Below, one piece after another: positions 8,501 to 18,711 of a stretch of 64,000 bases of DNA (position 1 is the stretch's first letter; each line of letters opens with the position of its first letter). The notes under the pieces are model-generated. The model saw nothing but the letters and a program-made list of their open reading frames with translations, had not been told where the DNA came from and searched no databases. The translations under genes and the position numbers were made by a program. The stretch lies in IMG/VR virus record IMGVR_UViG_3300006100_000010; one strand, given 5' to 3'. The stretch is from a virus. Taxonomy: Duplodnaviria > Heunggongvirae > Uroviricota > Caudoviricetes.

Positions 8501-9971
8501 CAATGACTCCAGAAGTTGCACTGTTTTGGCTCGGTAGATACACATTCACTCTGCCAAGAGCCAATGCAAATTGGATCTCCTTGCGTGCAATTGTTTGCAT
8601 CGTGAGTTTGATTGCTGCTTGCTTTGGACTGATAACTGCGGCTCTCACCTGAGCCTTTTTATTTTCAAGAGTCGTCTCAAATGACTGATAAAAATCTTGT
8701 AACTTTTTGAGATCCTTAATAAAGTACTCAGAACCGGCTTCCCTCTTCTTTTCAGAAGAAGTGCCCTTAACTAGAGGATCGACTGCAGAGGCTTCAGTCG
8801 TTAGACCGCGATCGTCTAGCGTAAAAAAGTTGTTTAGTGGGTCGTTTAGCAGGTTGTAGTACTTTGTGTATATGTCACCAGTTGGGTGCACGTTATTTCT
8901 TATCTCAAACTCGTAAACCTTAAATTGGTCTGAGTCCTCAAAGAAAGTTTGCTTTTCAAGCAGAGGATTCTTACGTATTGGAAAGTCAATCACATTAGAC
9001 TTTCTATCTCCAGTCTTTCGGTCAACTGATTCGCTCTCAAACTTAAAAGTATCGAGTTGTGGAATGGATATACTAAAGCTAAAGTAAGAAGTGTCTACGG
9101 CCTGCTGGATTGTTGTTGGTACCTGATCTATTATCTTTGCTCGAATACCTTCAGAGTATTGAAGAAAAAGGGAATCGACCGATTCAATAAGATTTTGATC
9201 TACATAGTTATTGTAGAGAAGAGCAATATTCTGTGAAATGTATGCAGGGTCTGCATTTGGAGATCCCAAGTAATCTATTATCTTTTGGTAAGTAGCATCA
9301 TTTAAGATAGGCACAGACTGGTCTTTGGAATCAAGTAAAGCCTGAGTGGCTGAGATCTCAGACTCAAGGTCAGCGATCTCAGAATTAAGATTCCCAACTG
9401 AAACAGAGTAAGCGCTAGTATTTGAGTTAGGAGTGATTGAATTTATCAGGTTTGCAAGATCTGATTTCTTACTATTTAACGATTGAGTTAGACCATTAAG
9501 CTTGGTAAGCAGAGGATCGAAATCGCCAAGTATTCTGGACATCTCAGCTGATCGCTCCTCATAATAATACTTGATCGGTATAAAGTTATCCTTATACTCA
9601 ATTAACTTATCAAGCAGGTTCTTGTACTTGTGATAGTTCTCAATTTGAACCTGAAGATCGCTAGTCACTCGGTCTACTGCATCAATACACTTTTTTGCCT
9701 CATTTGTGACTGCCTTTTTTACAAGAGCATCGTATTGATTTTTAACGGCATCTGTGGGAAGTGCTTGAAGTAATTTTGGGATTGCCAGATCATCACATGG
9801 AAGCTCGCTAATTGCACCAAATGGAGCACCGACTTCGTCAACCGGCTCACACAAGGTGGAATTTAGCAAGTCCTTTAATTGATCATCTGTAAACTTACTC
9901 TTAACTTCACTGGGTGGGATTCGTAGGACATTAGCTATCTCGTTTATTAATATGTCTAGGACAGAAGTCAA
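5520..9971 (-). CDS. large (1483 aa) coiled-coil protein with a central hydrophobic/TM segment; candidate tape-measure, ejection or internal virion protein
   Basis: Long heptad-like Q/L/K/E-rich stretches. A central strongly hydrophobic region (VIWLPLIVISTPMGSIVFFLTINGVFISPVIFFVSS) is present. The C-terminal third is S/T/P-rich. I recognised no enzymatic motifs. Confidence 0.3.
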   Translation of the reverse strand: MTSVLDILINEIANVLRIPPSEVKSKFTDDQLKDLLNSTLCEPVDEVGAPFGAISELPCDDLAIPKLLQALPTDAVKNQYDALVKKAVTNEAKKCIDAVDRVTSDLQVQIENYHKYKNLLDKLIEYKDNFIPIKYYYEERSAEMSRILGDFDPLLTKLNGLTQSLNSKKSDLANLINSITPNSNTSAYSVSVGNLNSEIADLESEISATQALLDSKDQSVPILNDATYQKIIDYLGSPNADPAYISQNIALLYNNYVDQNLIESVDSLFLQYSEGIRAKIIDQVPTTIQQAVDTSYFSFSISIPQLDTFKFESESVDRKTGDRKSNVIDFPIRKNPLLEKQTFFEDSDQFKVYEFEIRNNVHPTGDIYTKYYNLLNDPLNNFFTLDDRGLTTEASAVDPLVKGTSSEKKREAGSEYFIKDLKKLQDFYQSFETTLENKKAQVRAAVISPKQAAIKLTMQTIARKEIQFALALGRVNVYLPSQNSATSGVIETIKRQNQEFLQKATDLDQEIARVQSQVDKLKPTPDNVKASLKKESPECFDKIDQPVQNCGDTSNKLGSDPLYVNTIKNGSDPTLPNSTQLCYWMEFAKVANLLGLLPIPNLPNITELRYWPVGLTIPTPGGLIKIPLPVIWLPLIVISTPMGSIVFFLTINGVFISPVIFFVSSNGFKQHIFTIRGTSPKFGYSSQDESIKPGVQMPLAALAAEQKANRLAQELANGANFNLSPTQLVQLNQQRNILNEAESIATKYGNSNRLMKIAKEKANLEQSISNLTDAEKLQKMIDKTDSIKDVIEDAKRSVLQRIDDLGKPVMSTANSIKSKITDRTARLLSDLQSALVNGDDTKAKEIRAQMKSDGVSLDEKLGAIRSDLMHYFDRITLPTVTIPKDSSTLEPKQNAILDFLAHILEFSSMYRTQFISQESVTVKNILLVQLAKSKDALKQVALDSAQSNNQLNIEKDFNKVQKLILEINSTLIDTVSGKRDLGSLSAKQQEVADLQKRVNSETDPAAKAKLQTQLAKSQAQLSNIFENQRIKEILALTPEVIATLSSLKVEFDPFAPCCAKKAFSLDLSGISPAIPVFESVKLLLDQYVMGLSPQNIKSLFGGKSNISPRELVSGYIGIIKNSIPASLSIPAPAINLLTFASSFAGVLTSLFEIKVPNVALEPALPARISIDLNILKKVLADALLAFLNNSLPHENSASGPTPQSISSAAGPVVNGSSGHATVDPSITIVNCDTDTSQTSILSNGNYDPNHVPLIKSPTSSLYSSGNILVASDRDILPAFQTLAFDFLSLNPGDLLAILKNFVTLGFDTVEHLLDPFYQILSAIKGAHGVNLNLLESVQYLIPPGGPPAFATFTAFAKAKQFSPKSSNFNIIDATKVEAQLGIVESVMSPIANSPLPTILVAGAGALDSILPVLKIPQVSSTGTISTTDSKVASLALRSIHPLVSQDDIPSWERLSPKNILFLLFLDEFLANGADKLGLFRAYL

Positions 9972-10009
9972 ATCTGAGTGTTATTTTCTTATATTATTTA
10001 TCAGAAACA

Positions 10010-10037
10010 AAAAAGGCAGCCTAAATGGCTGCCTTTC
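10010..10037 (-). terminator. rho-independent terminator downstream of the GroEL gene
   Basis: Hairpin AAAGGCAGCC-taaat-GGCTGCCTTT, followed on the minus strand by TTTTTTGTTTC. It has the same AAAGGCAGC stem core as the terminator at 491-523. Confidence 0.6.
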
Positions 10038-10065
10038 AATTAAAATCGAACGCAAAATGGCCGTA

Positions 10066-12460
<2,395 letters not shown>

Positions 12461-12463
12461 AAA

Positions 12464-13216
12464 TTATGTGGTTTGCAACTGAAAGTCTTCTACTACCGGG
12501 AGATTTGATAGTTTTAGTAAGACTTGCGCAACAGTAAGCACGTCCTTTTGGCAGTATGTGGCAATGCGCTTGACATTTTTTTCTTTCCAAAAGACCATGC
12601 CGACTTTGTCACCTCTAATATCGTCCTTAGGGGTAGCAATATCGAGACTTGTCGCAAGCAACTCAAGCGAAGCAAAACCCTCTTGCCAAGCGCCAAAGCT
12701 CCATATTTCAGAAGTATCAATTAGCGGCATTTCCCAAGGTTTAAGGTTAGTAAGTTGAAGACCCTTAGGCAGAGGTGAGCCTGACATTATGATTCTCTTG
12801 CACATCATAGGTACATCAAATCTCTTGATGTTATGGCCCACGAATTTGTACGATGCAAATTTTTCAAAAACTGTTTTGATACCGGCTAGAACTTCTGCCT
12901 CATCGTCTGATGCATAGCTTTTTATTGTCATGATAGAAGTCGTACCAGTAATGTCATCAGTCGAAAAAGAGAGACGGCCAAAGGATGCGCACACAATTCT
13001 ACTAAATTCAGGAGTAAGCGCTGCTTTTTCGACATAGAGTTCATCATTGCTGAGCATTTTATTTTCTTCAAACCTGCTACGAAGGTATTCGCAACGCTTT
13101 TCCCAAAGCTCTGCCATTTTTGAATTGACAGATCGTAGGTCGTCTAGCGTAGCATAAGTTGATGCAGTTTCAAGGTCAAAGAATACCATCTTTGAGAGTT
13201 CAGGTTGGGTGTACAT
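12464..13216 (-). CDS. DnaQ-like 3'-5' exonuclease (DEDDy family)
   Basis: Exo I FFDLETAS, Exo II ...HNIKRFDVPMM and Exo III YCQKDV are all present in the right order and spacing. Confidence 0.6.
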   Translation of the reverse strand: MYTQPELSKMVFFDLETASTYATLDDLRSVNSKMAELWEKRCEYLRSRFEENKMLSNDELYVEKAALTPEFSRIVCASFGRLSFSTDDITGTTSIMTIKSYASDDEAEVLAGIKTVFEKFASYKFVGHNIKRFDVPMMCKRIIMSGSPLPKGLQLTNLKPWEMPLIDTSEIWSFGAWQEGFASLELLATSLDIATPKDDIRGDKVGMVFWKEKNVKRIATYCQKDVLTVAQVLLKLSNLPVVEDFQLQTT

Positions 13217-13226
13217 GTATGTGTGA

Positions 13227-13781
13227 TTATTTTTGTAGCTGGTTTTCTATGTATTGTGCGATAATAATGATAGCTTCGTCCTGGATCCACATGTGATCCT
13301 TTTCGTTTATTATCAATGAAAAATCGCCATCTGTTGGATCTAGCACAACATCAGTGAGAGTGGATATTGGATTGTGCCTTAATTTTCGAGTGGCCTCCAC
13401 TCTATCTAGGAGACGATTAACTGCCTTGCTTGAGTGGCTTTTTGCAGAGATTCTTGATTTGCCATGGGAGGATTCATTTAACTTGGATTCAAGTTTAGCT
13501 CTACGCTCACGTGTGGCTTCATAATTGTAATAGCTAGTAGATTCTCCGCTGGCTCTGCTAAATATCGTCACATCAAGCTGACTCCAGTCAGTTACATTTT
13601 CATAATTTTTAAGTATGTAGATCTTTGCACAGTCTGCAACAAGAACCATTGCCGCAATGTGATCACTGTATGTTTCATAAAAATTAGACTGAGTCCAAGA
13701 TTTAGTGTCTGCAAGTTTAGCTTCATACTCTTCTACGCTAAGAGAGCAGGGCCTAAATATTATTCCAGGTATCTGTTTCAT
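13227..13781 (-). CDS. hypothetical protein
   Basis: 184-aa ORF, tightly packed in the minus-strand operon. I recognised no motifs. Confidence 0.4.
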   Translation of the reverse strand: MKQIPGIIFRPCSLSVEEYEAKLADTKSWTQSNFYETYSDHIAAMVLVADCAKIYILKNYENVTDWSQLDVTIFSRASGESTSYYNYEATRERRAKLESKLNESSHGKSRISAKSHSSKAVNRLLDRVEATRKLRHNPISTLTDVVLDPTDGDFSLIINEKDHMWIQDEAIIIIAQYIENQLQK

Positions 13782-14251
13782 TCTGAGTCAGTTATGTAGA
13801 TGTTGTTCTTTTCTCTGTATTCAAGTTCCTTGGCATACATTTTGCTAGGAAAAGAGTCAGCCATGCCAAGCTTTTCATTGTAGATTATACAATTTTCAAG
13901 CCATGGATTACTCATTTTATGCAAAGGTGTCCAAGTTAAAGGCTGAGTTCCGTCCTTTCCTCTTCCGCCTCGGTGAAAGCTCTCACGAATGACTTCAAAA
14001 GGAGCATCTGAGTAAACAGTAAGCTCTTCGTATGGAGCCGACTCATGCACGTTACGATGAAGGTAGTCATTACCGCCGTCTACCATGTAGGTCAGACCGT
14101 TTGCATCTTTATGTAGAGTAAAATCATGGCGATGCATCGATCTTAGTATGGTCCCGTCCGGCGTACGGATCTGATTTAGTACTATTTTTTTATCATTCAT
14201 GGATAAGGGATAATTGGTTTCGAATTTCAGCAGCTCTTTCGTAATTTTCAT
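13778..14251 (-). CDS. hypothetical protein (His-rich H-x-H-D ... H-x-x-x-H segment)
   Basis: 157-aa ORF that overlaps its neighbour by 4 nt, which suggests translational coupling. It contains SMHRHDF...DYLHRNVH, possibly a metal-binding site. The family is unassigned. Confidence 0.4.
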   Translation of the reverse strand: MKITKELLKFETNYPLSMNDKKIVLNQIRTPDGTILRSMHRHDFTLHKDANGLTYMVDGGNDYLHRNVHESAPYEELTVYSDAPFEVIRESFHRGGRGKDGTQPLTWTPLHKMSNPWLENCIIYNEKLGMADSFPSKMYAKELEYREKNNIYITDSE

Positions 14252-14963
14252 CAGCTACGGCATTGAGTAACTCAGCATTGAGTCGTTGAGAGTCAGTAGC
14301 AAGAGGAGCTTCATTCTGAAGGATCTTCACCCAAGCAGAAAGGTAGAGAATTAGGTTTTCCTTCTTTTGAAAGTACTCAGTAGGATACTCTTCAGTCACA
14401 GTTTCATCGTATATTGGTTCGACAATGGCCTTGTGTATCTTCTTGCCAAGGAGTCGTCCGATGAAAGAAGAGGAAGGTATTATTTCGGTACGCTCAGTCT
14501 GTCCAACCTTTACTCGATTCACTGTTTTTACCTTTTTGATTCCACTTGCTGCAAGTATTGCAGGATTTTCAAGGTACTCAAGGTGAACGATATCAGAACG
14601 AGTTAGACCGGCTGCTTCCAGGTCGCGAATTATTTTGGGAAGATCTTTACCTGTGATTGAGCACGAATTTTGTACTGCATTTTTCCAGGTCCAAGGAAGC
14701 TCCTTTTGGTTATTTTCTTTACGAGAAGCATTCACCGTTTTCATTACTAAAAACACGTCCTCTCTCATTTCATCGAGCTTGCTTGCGTTTATTCCAAGAA
14801 CTGCCTGTGAGACTACGCCGGCATTGCAGGAACACTGATTTGACCAGTCATAGAAAATTGTGTCATTCTTTAGAGCGTCAATCGCGATTATTAGCGAGTT
14901 TATTAATTTAGATTTACTTTCTTTCATCTCTATTTTTTTAAATAAGATACTATTATTTTGCAA
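14193..14963 (-). CDS. hypothetical protein with a C-terminal UVR-like motif
   Basis: 256 aa. The C-terminus reads AELLNAVADENYERAAEIRNQLSLI, which resembles the UvrB/UvrC UVR helical hairpin (EEAARLRDEI-type). The N-terminal region overlaps the upstream ORF, so the real start may be an internal Met. Confidence 0.35.
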   Translation of the reverse strand: MQNNSILFKKIEMKESKSKLINSLIIAIDALKNDTIFYDWSNQCSCNAGVVSQAVLGINASKLDEMREDVFLVMKTVNASRKENNQKELPWTWKNAVQNSCSITGKDLPKIIRDLEAAGLTRSDIVHLEYLENPAILAASGIKKVKTVNRVKVGQTERTEIIPSSSFIGRLLGKKIHKAIVEPIYDETVTEEYPTEYFQKKENLILYLSAWVKILQNEAPLATDSQRLNAELLNAVADENYERAAEIRNQLSLIHE

Positions 14964-14972
14964 ATAATTAAA

Positions 14973-16007
14973 TTAATCACTGTTCCATTCAAAGTGAAAT
15001 GGTGAAGTTTCCCTTTCCATTAGGTCTACATAGTCTTGTTTGCTATCCTCCTTATCTAAACGACTACGCAAATCAGTCTCTGCCTTTTTTTCTTTTGCTG
15101 CACGATCAAGAATCGGCTTGACCTTCTTTGAATAATCAATCTTCAGCTTTTTACAAAGATCAATTAACGGTTTCTTTGAATGGTCTGAATCAAAGTTATT
15201 GGCAATCAGGCGGATCCAAATATTAAATCGAGAGCGCATATCTGATTTTTTATCAAGCTCAACGTTCCACTTTTTTAGCTGATCCAGTAGAAATGGCACA
15301 TGCTCACTATTCCCATAGTTGACAAAAGAATATTGAAGGTGATTCTTTATTATGAATCGAGTGAGTTCATCCCAGCTTTCGTACTTTCCATATTGGTTAG
15401 TGCCTAAAAGTTTGGGAAAAAGAATAGATTTTAGGTAGGCTTCAGCAAATTGCGGTTCGTTATTAAATACATTGAAGCACTCATTCATTATATGAGAAAC
15501 TACTGAGTTTACTCTGTAATACTTGGAAGAAAGATCATCATCATATCGATTGGAAGCATATTGAAAGGACTCGCACCACTGAAATATTTGATAGACAGTG
15601 GAGCCCTGATCTGTCAAATAGCCATCGACTTCAAAATACTTACGTTCTTCTTTGCGAATCTCTTTTCCCCACATGTCTGGTAAGCCCTTCTTTTTTTCCT
15701 CAATTGCAGCATCTGCTTCCGGAGTCATCGTATATCGAATCTTGTCATATAACGCGATTGAAAATAGTGTAGTCTTTACTCGGCTGACTTCAGAATCAGA
15801 GCCAAGGAGCCAGTATGCACTGTTTCCAGACCTAGCTGACATTTCTGGAATTATGTCAAGACACAATAACTTAAGTCTATCTACTCGATCTCGAGTTTCC
15901 CATTTTGAGAAATCGGTGGATCCTGAATTAAGTTTAAGGGCAAGTGAGGTGATGCGATTGGCTGCCCAAATAGATTTTTCAATTCTTTCGTTATCGGATA
16001 GTCCCAT
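14973..16007 (-). CDS. hypothetical protein
   Basis: 344-aa ORF. I recognised no motifs. Confidence 0.4.
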   Translation of the reverse strand: MGLSDNERIEKSIWAANRITSLALKLNSGSTDFSKWETRDRVDRLKLLCLDIIPEMSARSGNSAYWLLGSDSEVSRVKTTLFSIALYDKIRYTMTPEADAAIEEKKKGLPDMWGKEIRKEERKYFEVDGYLTDQGSTVYQIFQWCESFQYASNRYDDDLSSKYYRVNSVVSHIMNECFNVFNNEPQFAEAYLKSILFPKLLGTNQYGKYESWDELTRFIIKNHLQYSFVNYGNSEHVPFLLDQLKKWNVELDKKSDMRSRFNIWIRLIANNFDSDHSKKPLIDLCKKLKIDYSKKVKPILDRAAKEKKAETDLRSRLDKEDSKQDYVDLMERETSPFHFEWNSD

Positions 16008-16008
16008 G

Positions 16009-16287
16009 TTAATTATTTAATGAAGTTGGCTTCATGAGTTTAGTATTGATTTCACTAAGCAGGTCATTTACCTGATAGTAAGAAAAAGGAGAAGGCTGTT
16101 CCAAAATTTCCGTAAGATGATTTATATGCATCTTAAGAAGAATTCTCAATTTTCGATCAAGTTCATCTAAACTGTCTCCTTGAACAATCATAGAAGGAAG
16201 ATTGACTGATTGAGCAACAAATCCTGAATCTTCAGTAATAACATACTTTATTGCCTCCTGTAATAAATTAGGTGCTTTATTATCCAT
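16009..16287 (-). CDS. hypothetical small protein
   Basis: 92-aa ORF in the operon. It overlaps the upstream gene by 8 nt. Confidence 0.35.
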   Translation of the reverse strand: MDNKAPNLLQEAIKYVITEDSGFVAQSVNLPSMIVQGDSLDELDRKLRILLKMHINHLTEILEQPSPFSYYQVNDLLSEINTKLMKPTSLNN

Positions 16288-16771
16288 GTGTATAGTATTT
16301 AGTTTCGATTAGCGTTCTTAGTGCCCCGACAGCCTCTCGATAATCATTGAATAGAGGAATTCCAAATCTGGTGCAGACAATATCAACGTTGCCCTTTCTC
16401 CAGAAGCTCTTAGGACAACATACAATCATCTTTTTAGAGTTTGCAAATAGTCCCAACTCAAGAAGAGAGATAGGTGATTTTGTTAGAGGACTAAAGTACA
16501 TAAAAATTATGTCGCTTTTCATTAGGTGAGTCAATTCCCAATTTACCTGATAATTAAATTGAGGATTAGTTTGATCCTGTTCCCAAGTAGAATCCCAATC
16601 GTCGCGTCTAGGATTAAAAAAAGCAACATCTTCCAGGTTAAGGTCCTTAAAGGAATCAGTAAGTGTAGTTTGCCAATCTTCAGCAGTGCCCATTTCAATA
16701 GAGCCTGCTAAAAAAATAGAGACCCGAACAAAATTCGGGTCTCCATCTGTAGGTTTATAAGTAGCTATCAT
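16280..16771 (-). CDS. DNPH1/Rcl-like 2'-deoxynucleoside 5'-phosphate N-hydrolase / nucleoside 2-deoxyribosyltransferase family protein
   Basis: The N-terminal VSIFLAGSIEMG matches DNPH1 VYFCGSIRGG and NDT IYFGAGWF. PISLLELGLFANSKKMIVCCP matches the catalytic-Glu segment (DNPH1 PSLGVGYELGRAVALGKPILCLF; NDT GLGMELGYALSQGKYVLLVIP). Confidence 0.55.
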   Translation of the reverse strand: MIATYKPTDGDPNFVRVSIFLAGSIEMGTAEDWQTTLTDSFKDLNLEDVAFFNPRRDDWDSTWEQDQTNPQFNYQVNWELTHLMKSDIIFMYFSPLTKSPISLLELGLFANSKKMIVCCPKSFWRKGNVDIVCTRFGIPLFNDYREAVGALRTLIETKYYTHG

Positions 16772-16791
16772 TTTTCTTTTTTGTATTCTAC

Positions 16792-18711
16792 TTATACGGT
16801 CTTAGTAGGATCTGCTGGAGCGTTTTGTTGTGGTGCCTTTTTAGAATTTAGCACTTCCAAGAGTTGCATTCCAAGGAGACCGCTGATAGAGCTATTTGCA
16901 GAATCTCCACCGCCTGAGATAAGCACTTCTGGTATGATTTTGATTCCGTTTTTACCGATTTCCTCAGTGATCTTGAATTTAGCAAAGTTGTCTCCACCCA
17001 TTGCTTTTACCTGTTGTTCATAGGCTTCAGCGGTTGACTTACCTATCGCTGCGATCTTTTTAGCTTCAGCGTCACCGGTGAGTTCTATTTGTTTTGCATC
17101 GGCTTCTGCGGTCATCACTTTTGCTTTTGCTTGAGCTGAGGCCTTTAGTTCAAGGGCTTTTGCTTCACCCTCAGATTTTTTAACTGCAGCTTCGGCTTCT
17201 CTTTGGGAGATTTCAACGGATTGCTGTGCTGCAACCATTTTTCCTTGCATGTCAGCCAGTGCCTTAGCTGATTCAAGAGTCTTACGTTGGTCTTGAGCTT
17301 TACGTTGAGTATCGTATGTCACCTTCTCTTCCTCTGCGATCTTACGATCGGTAAGAGTCTTCATCAGCGATTCTGGTGGCACAATATCTCCGATCAGGGT
17401 GTCTACTGCATGTACGTTGTATTCTTCTAGCACTTTGCTGATTGACTCCTTTGCAGCATCTTGGCGATTCTGTCTTGTAGAAAGGAATGAGATGACGTCT
17501 GAGTCTTGAGCAGAGTTACGGAAGTAGTTGCCGATTGTTGGTTCCAGAACTTGAGATACCAGATTCTGCATTGAACCGAATCTTGCGATCACTTTAGGCG
17601 CTTCGTTTGAAGGGATATGTATGATCTGGGATACGTCTAGGTTGAAAGGGAATCCGTCTTTAGAACGTACTGTGATTGTGCTCAGCTTTTCATCGAGTCG
17701 GTGGGACTCATTTCGACCGGATGCCCAGTTAAGTACGAGGTTAGTAGTTGGTACTACTTCTATTTTATGGGTGTATGGGTTTATTGCATACTTTCCAGGA
17801 TCAAGCGGAGTCGCCCAAACTCCTTTTTCTCCCTTACTTACGATATTTCCGTGCTTGAAGCTCTCACCGGTAACATCGGTTCCAACTTTTCCGACATATG
17901 CGATCACTACTCCTGCGCTACCTATCGGTATTTGAGTCATCGGCACCTTTTCTACCTGTACTGCCCATGGATTCAGGGAGTAGTTACCGGCTTGAATGAC
18001 CTGCTCTTGTAGACCACGTTGACCTCCACCTTCTAGGAACTTATCAAAGTCTTGGAAGTTGTTGTGTTTTTCAATTACGTTACCAGCAATCGTACCGATT
18101 TCAAGTTGTCTACCGTCAAGAGCAGTAATGACTCCGATTTGTCCGTCTTCGATATAGGTAAGATCTGCAACAGTCACATCAAATAAGAAGGTATTGATTC
18201 GGTAGACTCCGTTATTAAGGTAGCCTACCTGCTTACCTCTTTGTCCGCTATTGGAAAGAAAGGCAGTGGCATCTTGATAGTCATCGCAATCTACGTGTCT
18301 AGCAAGGATTGCACCTTTTGGAAGAGAGTCTCCATCCTTTGCTGAAAGCAATCCGATTTTACCTTTAGGGATCACTACAAGTGGTGATTGATCGATTGAA
18401 TATTGCCATGGCCAGTAGAACCAATAGAGACCTGGAGCAAGGGTCTTAGCTTGATAGCCTGGTTCTCCCTTTAGTGCAATGATCTTGCCATCGGGCATTG
18501 TTTTGTTTTCACCAAAGAGGACAAATTTTTTAGTCACCAGTCCGATCTTGTCCTCGGGAATTATTACCATTCCGAGTAGAGCGCGTAGGGTGAACTGATA
18601 GAAGACGAGTGCTAATACCGGAATTAGCAATAGAGCGTACGGTAGATAGTGTAAATACTGCATTTTGTGTTTTATAATTGTTAATGAAAAAATGTTAAGA
18701 TATGCTTGCAA
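16792..18711 (-). CDS. SPFH/band-7 (flotillin/YqiK-like) membrane protein
   Basis: An N-terminal TM helix (LHYLPYALLLIPVLALVFYQF) is followed by a long SPFH-type region. The C-terminus is an Ala/Glu/Lys-rich coiled coil (...EAEAAVKKSEGEAKALELKASAQAKAKVMTAEADAKQIELTGDAEAKK...), typical of flotillins. Confidence 0.65.
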   Translation of the reverse strand: MQAYLNIFSLTIIKHKMQYLHYLPYALLLIPVLALVFYQFTLRALLGMVIIPEDKIGLVTKKFVLFGENKTMPDGKIIALKGEPGYQAKTLAPGLYWFYWPWQYSIDQSPLVVIPKGKIGLLSAKDGDSLPKGAILARHVDCDDYQDATAFLSNSGQRGKQVGYLNNGVYRINTFLFDVTVADLTYIEDGQIGVITALDGRQLEIGTIAGNVIEKHNNFQDFDKFLEGGGQRGLQEQVIQAGNYSLNPWAVQVEKVPMTQIPIGSAGVVIAYVGKVGTDVTGESFKHGNIVSKGEKGVWATPLDPGKYAINPYTHKIEVVPTTNLVLNWASGRNESHRLDEKLSTITVRSKDGFPFNLDVSQIIHIPSNEAPKVIARFGSMQNLVSQVLEPTIGNYFRNSAQDSDVISFLSTRQNRQDAAKESISKVLEEYNVHAVDTLIGDIVPPESLMKTLTDRKIAEEEKVTYDTQRKAQDQRKTLESAKALADMQGKMVAAQQSVEISQREAEAAVKKSEGEAKALELKASAQAKAKVMTAEADAKQIELTGDAEAKKIAAIGKSTAEAYEQQVKAMGGDNFAKFKITEEIGKNGIKIIPEVLISGGGDSANSSISGLLGMQLLEVLNSKKAPQQNAPADPTKTV

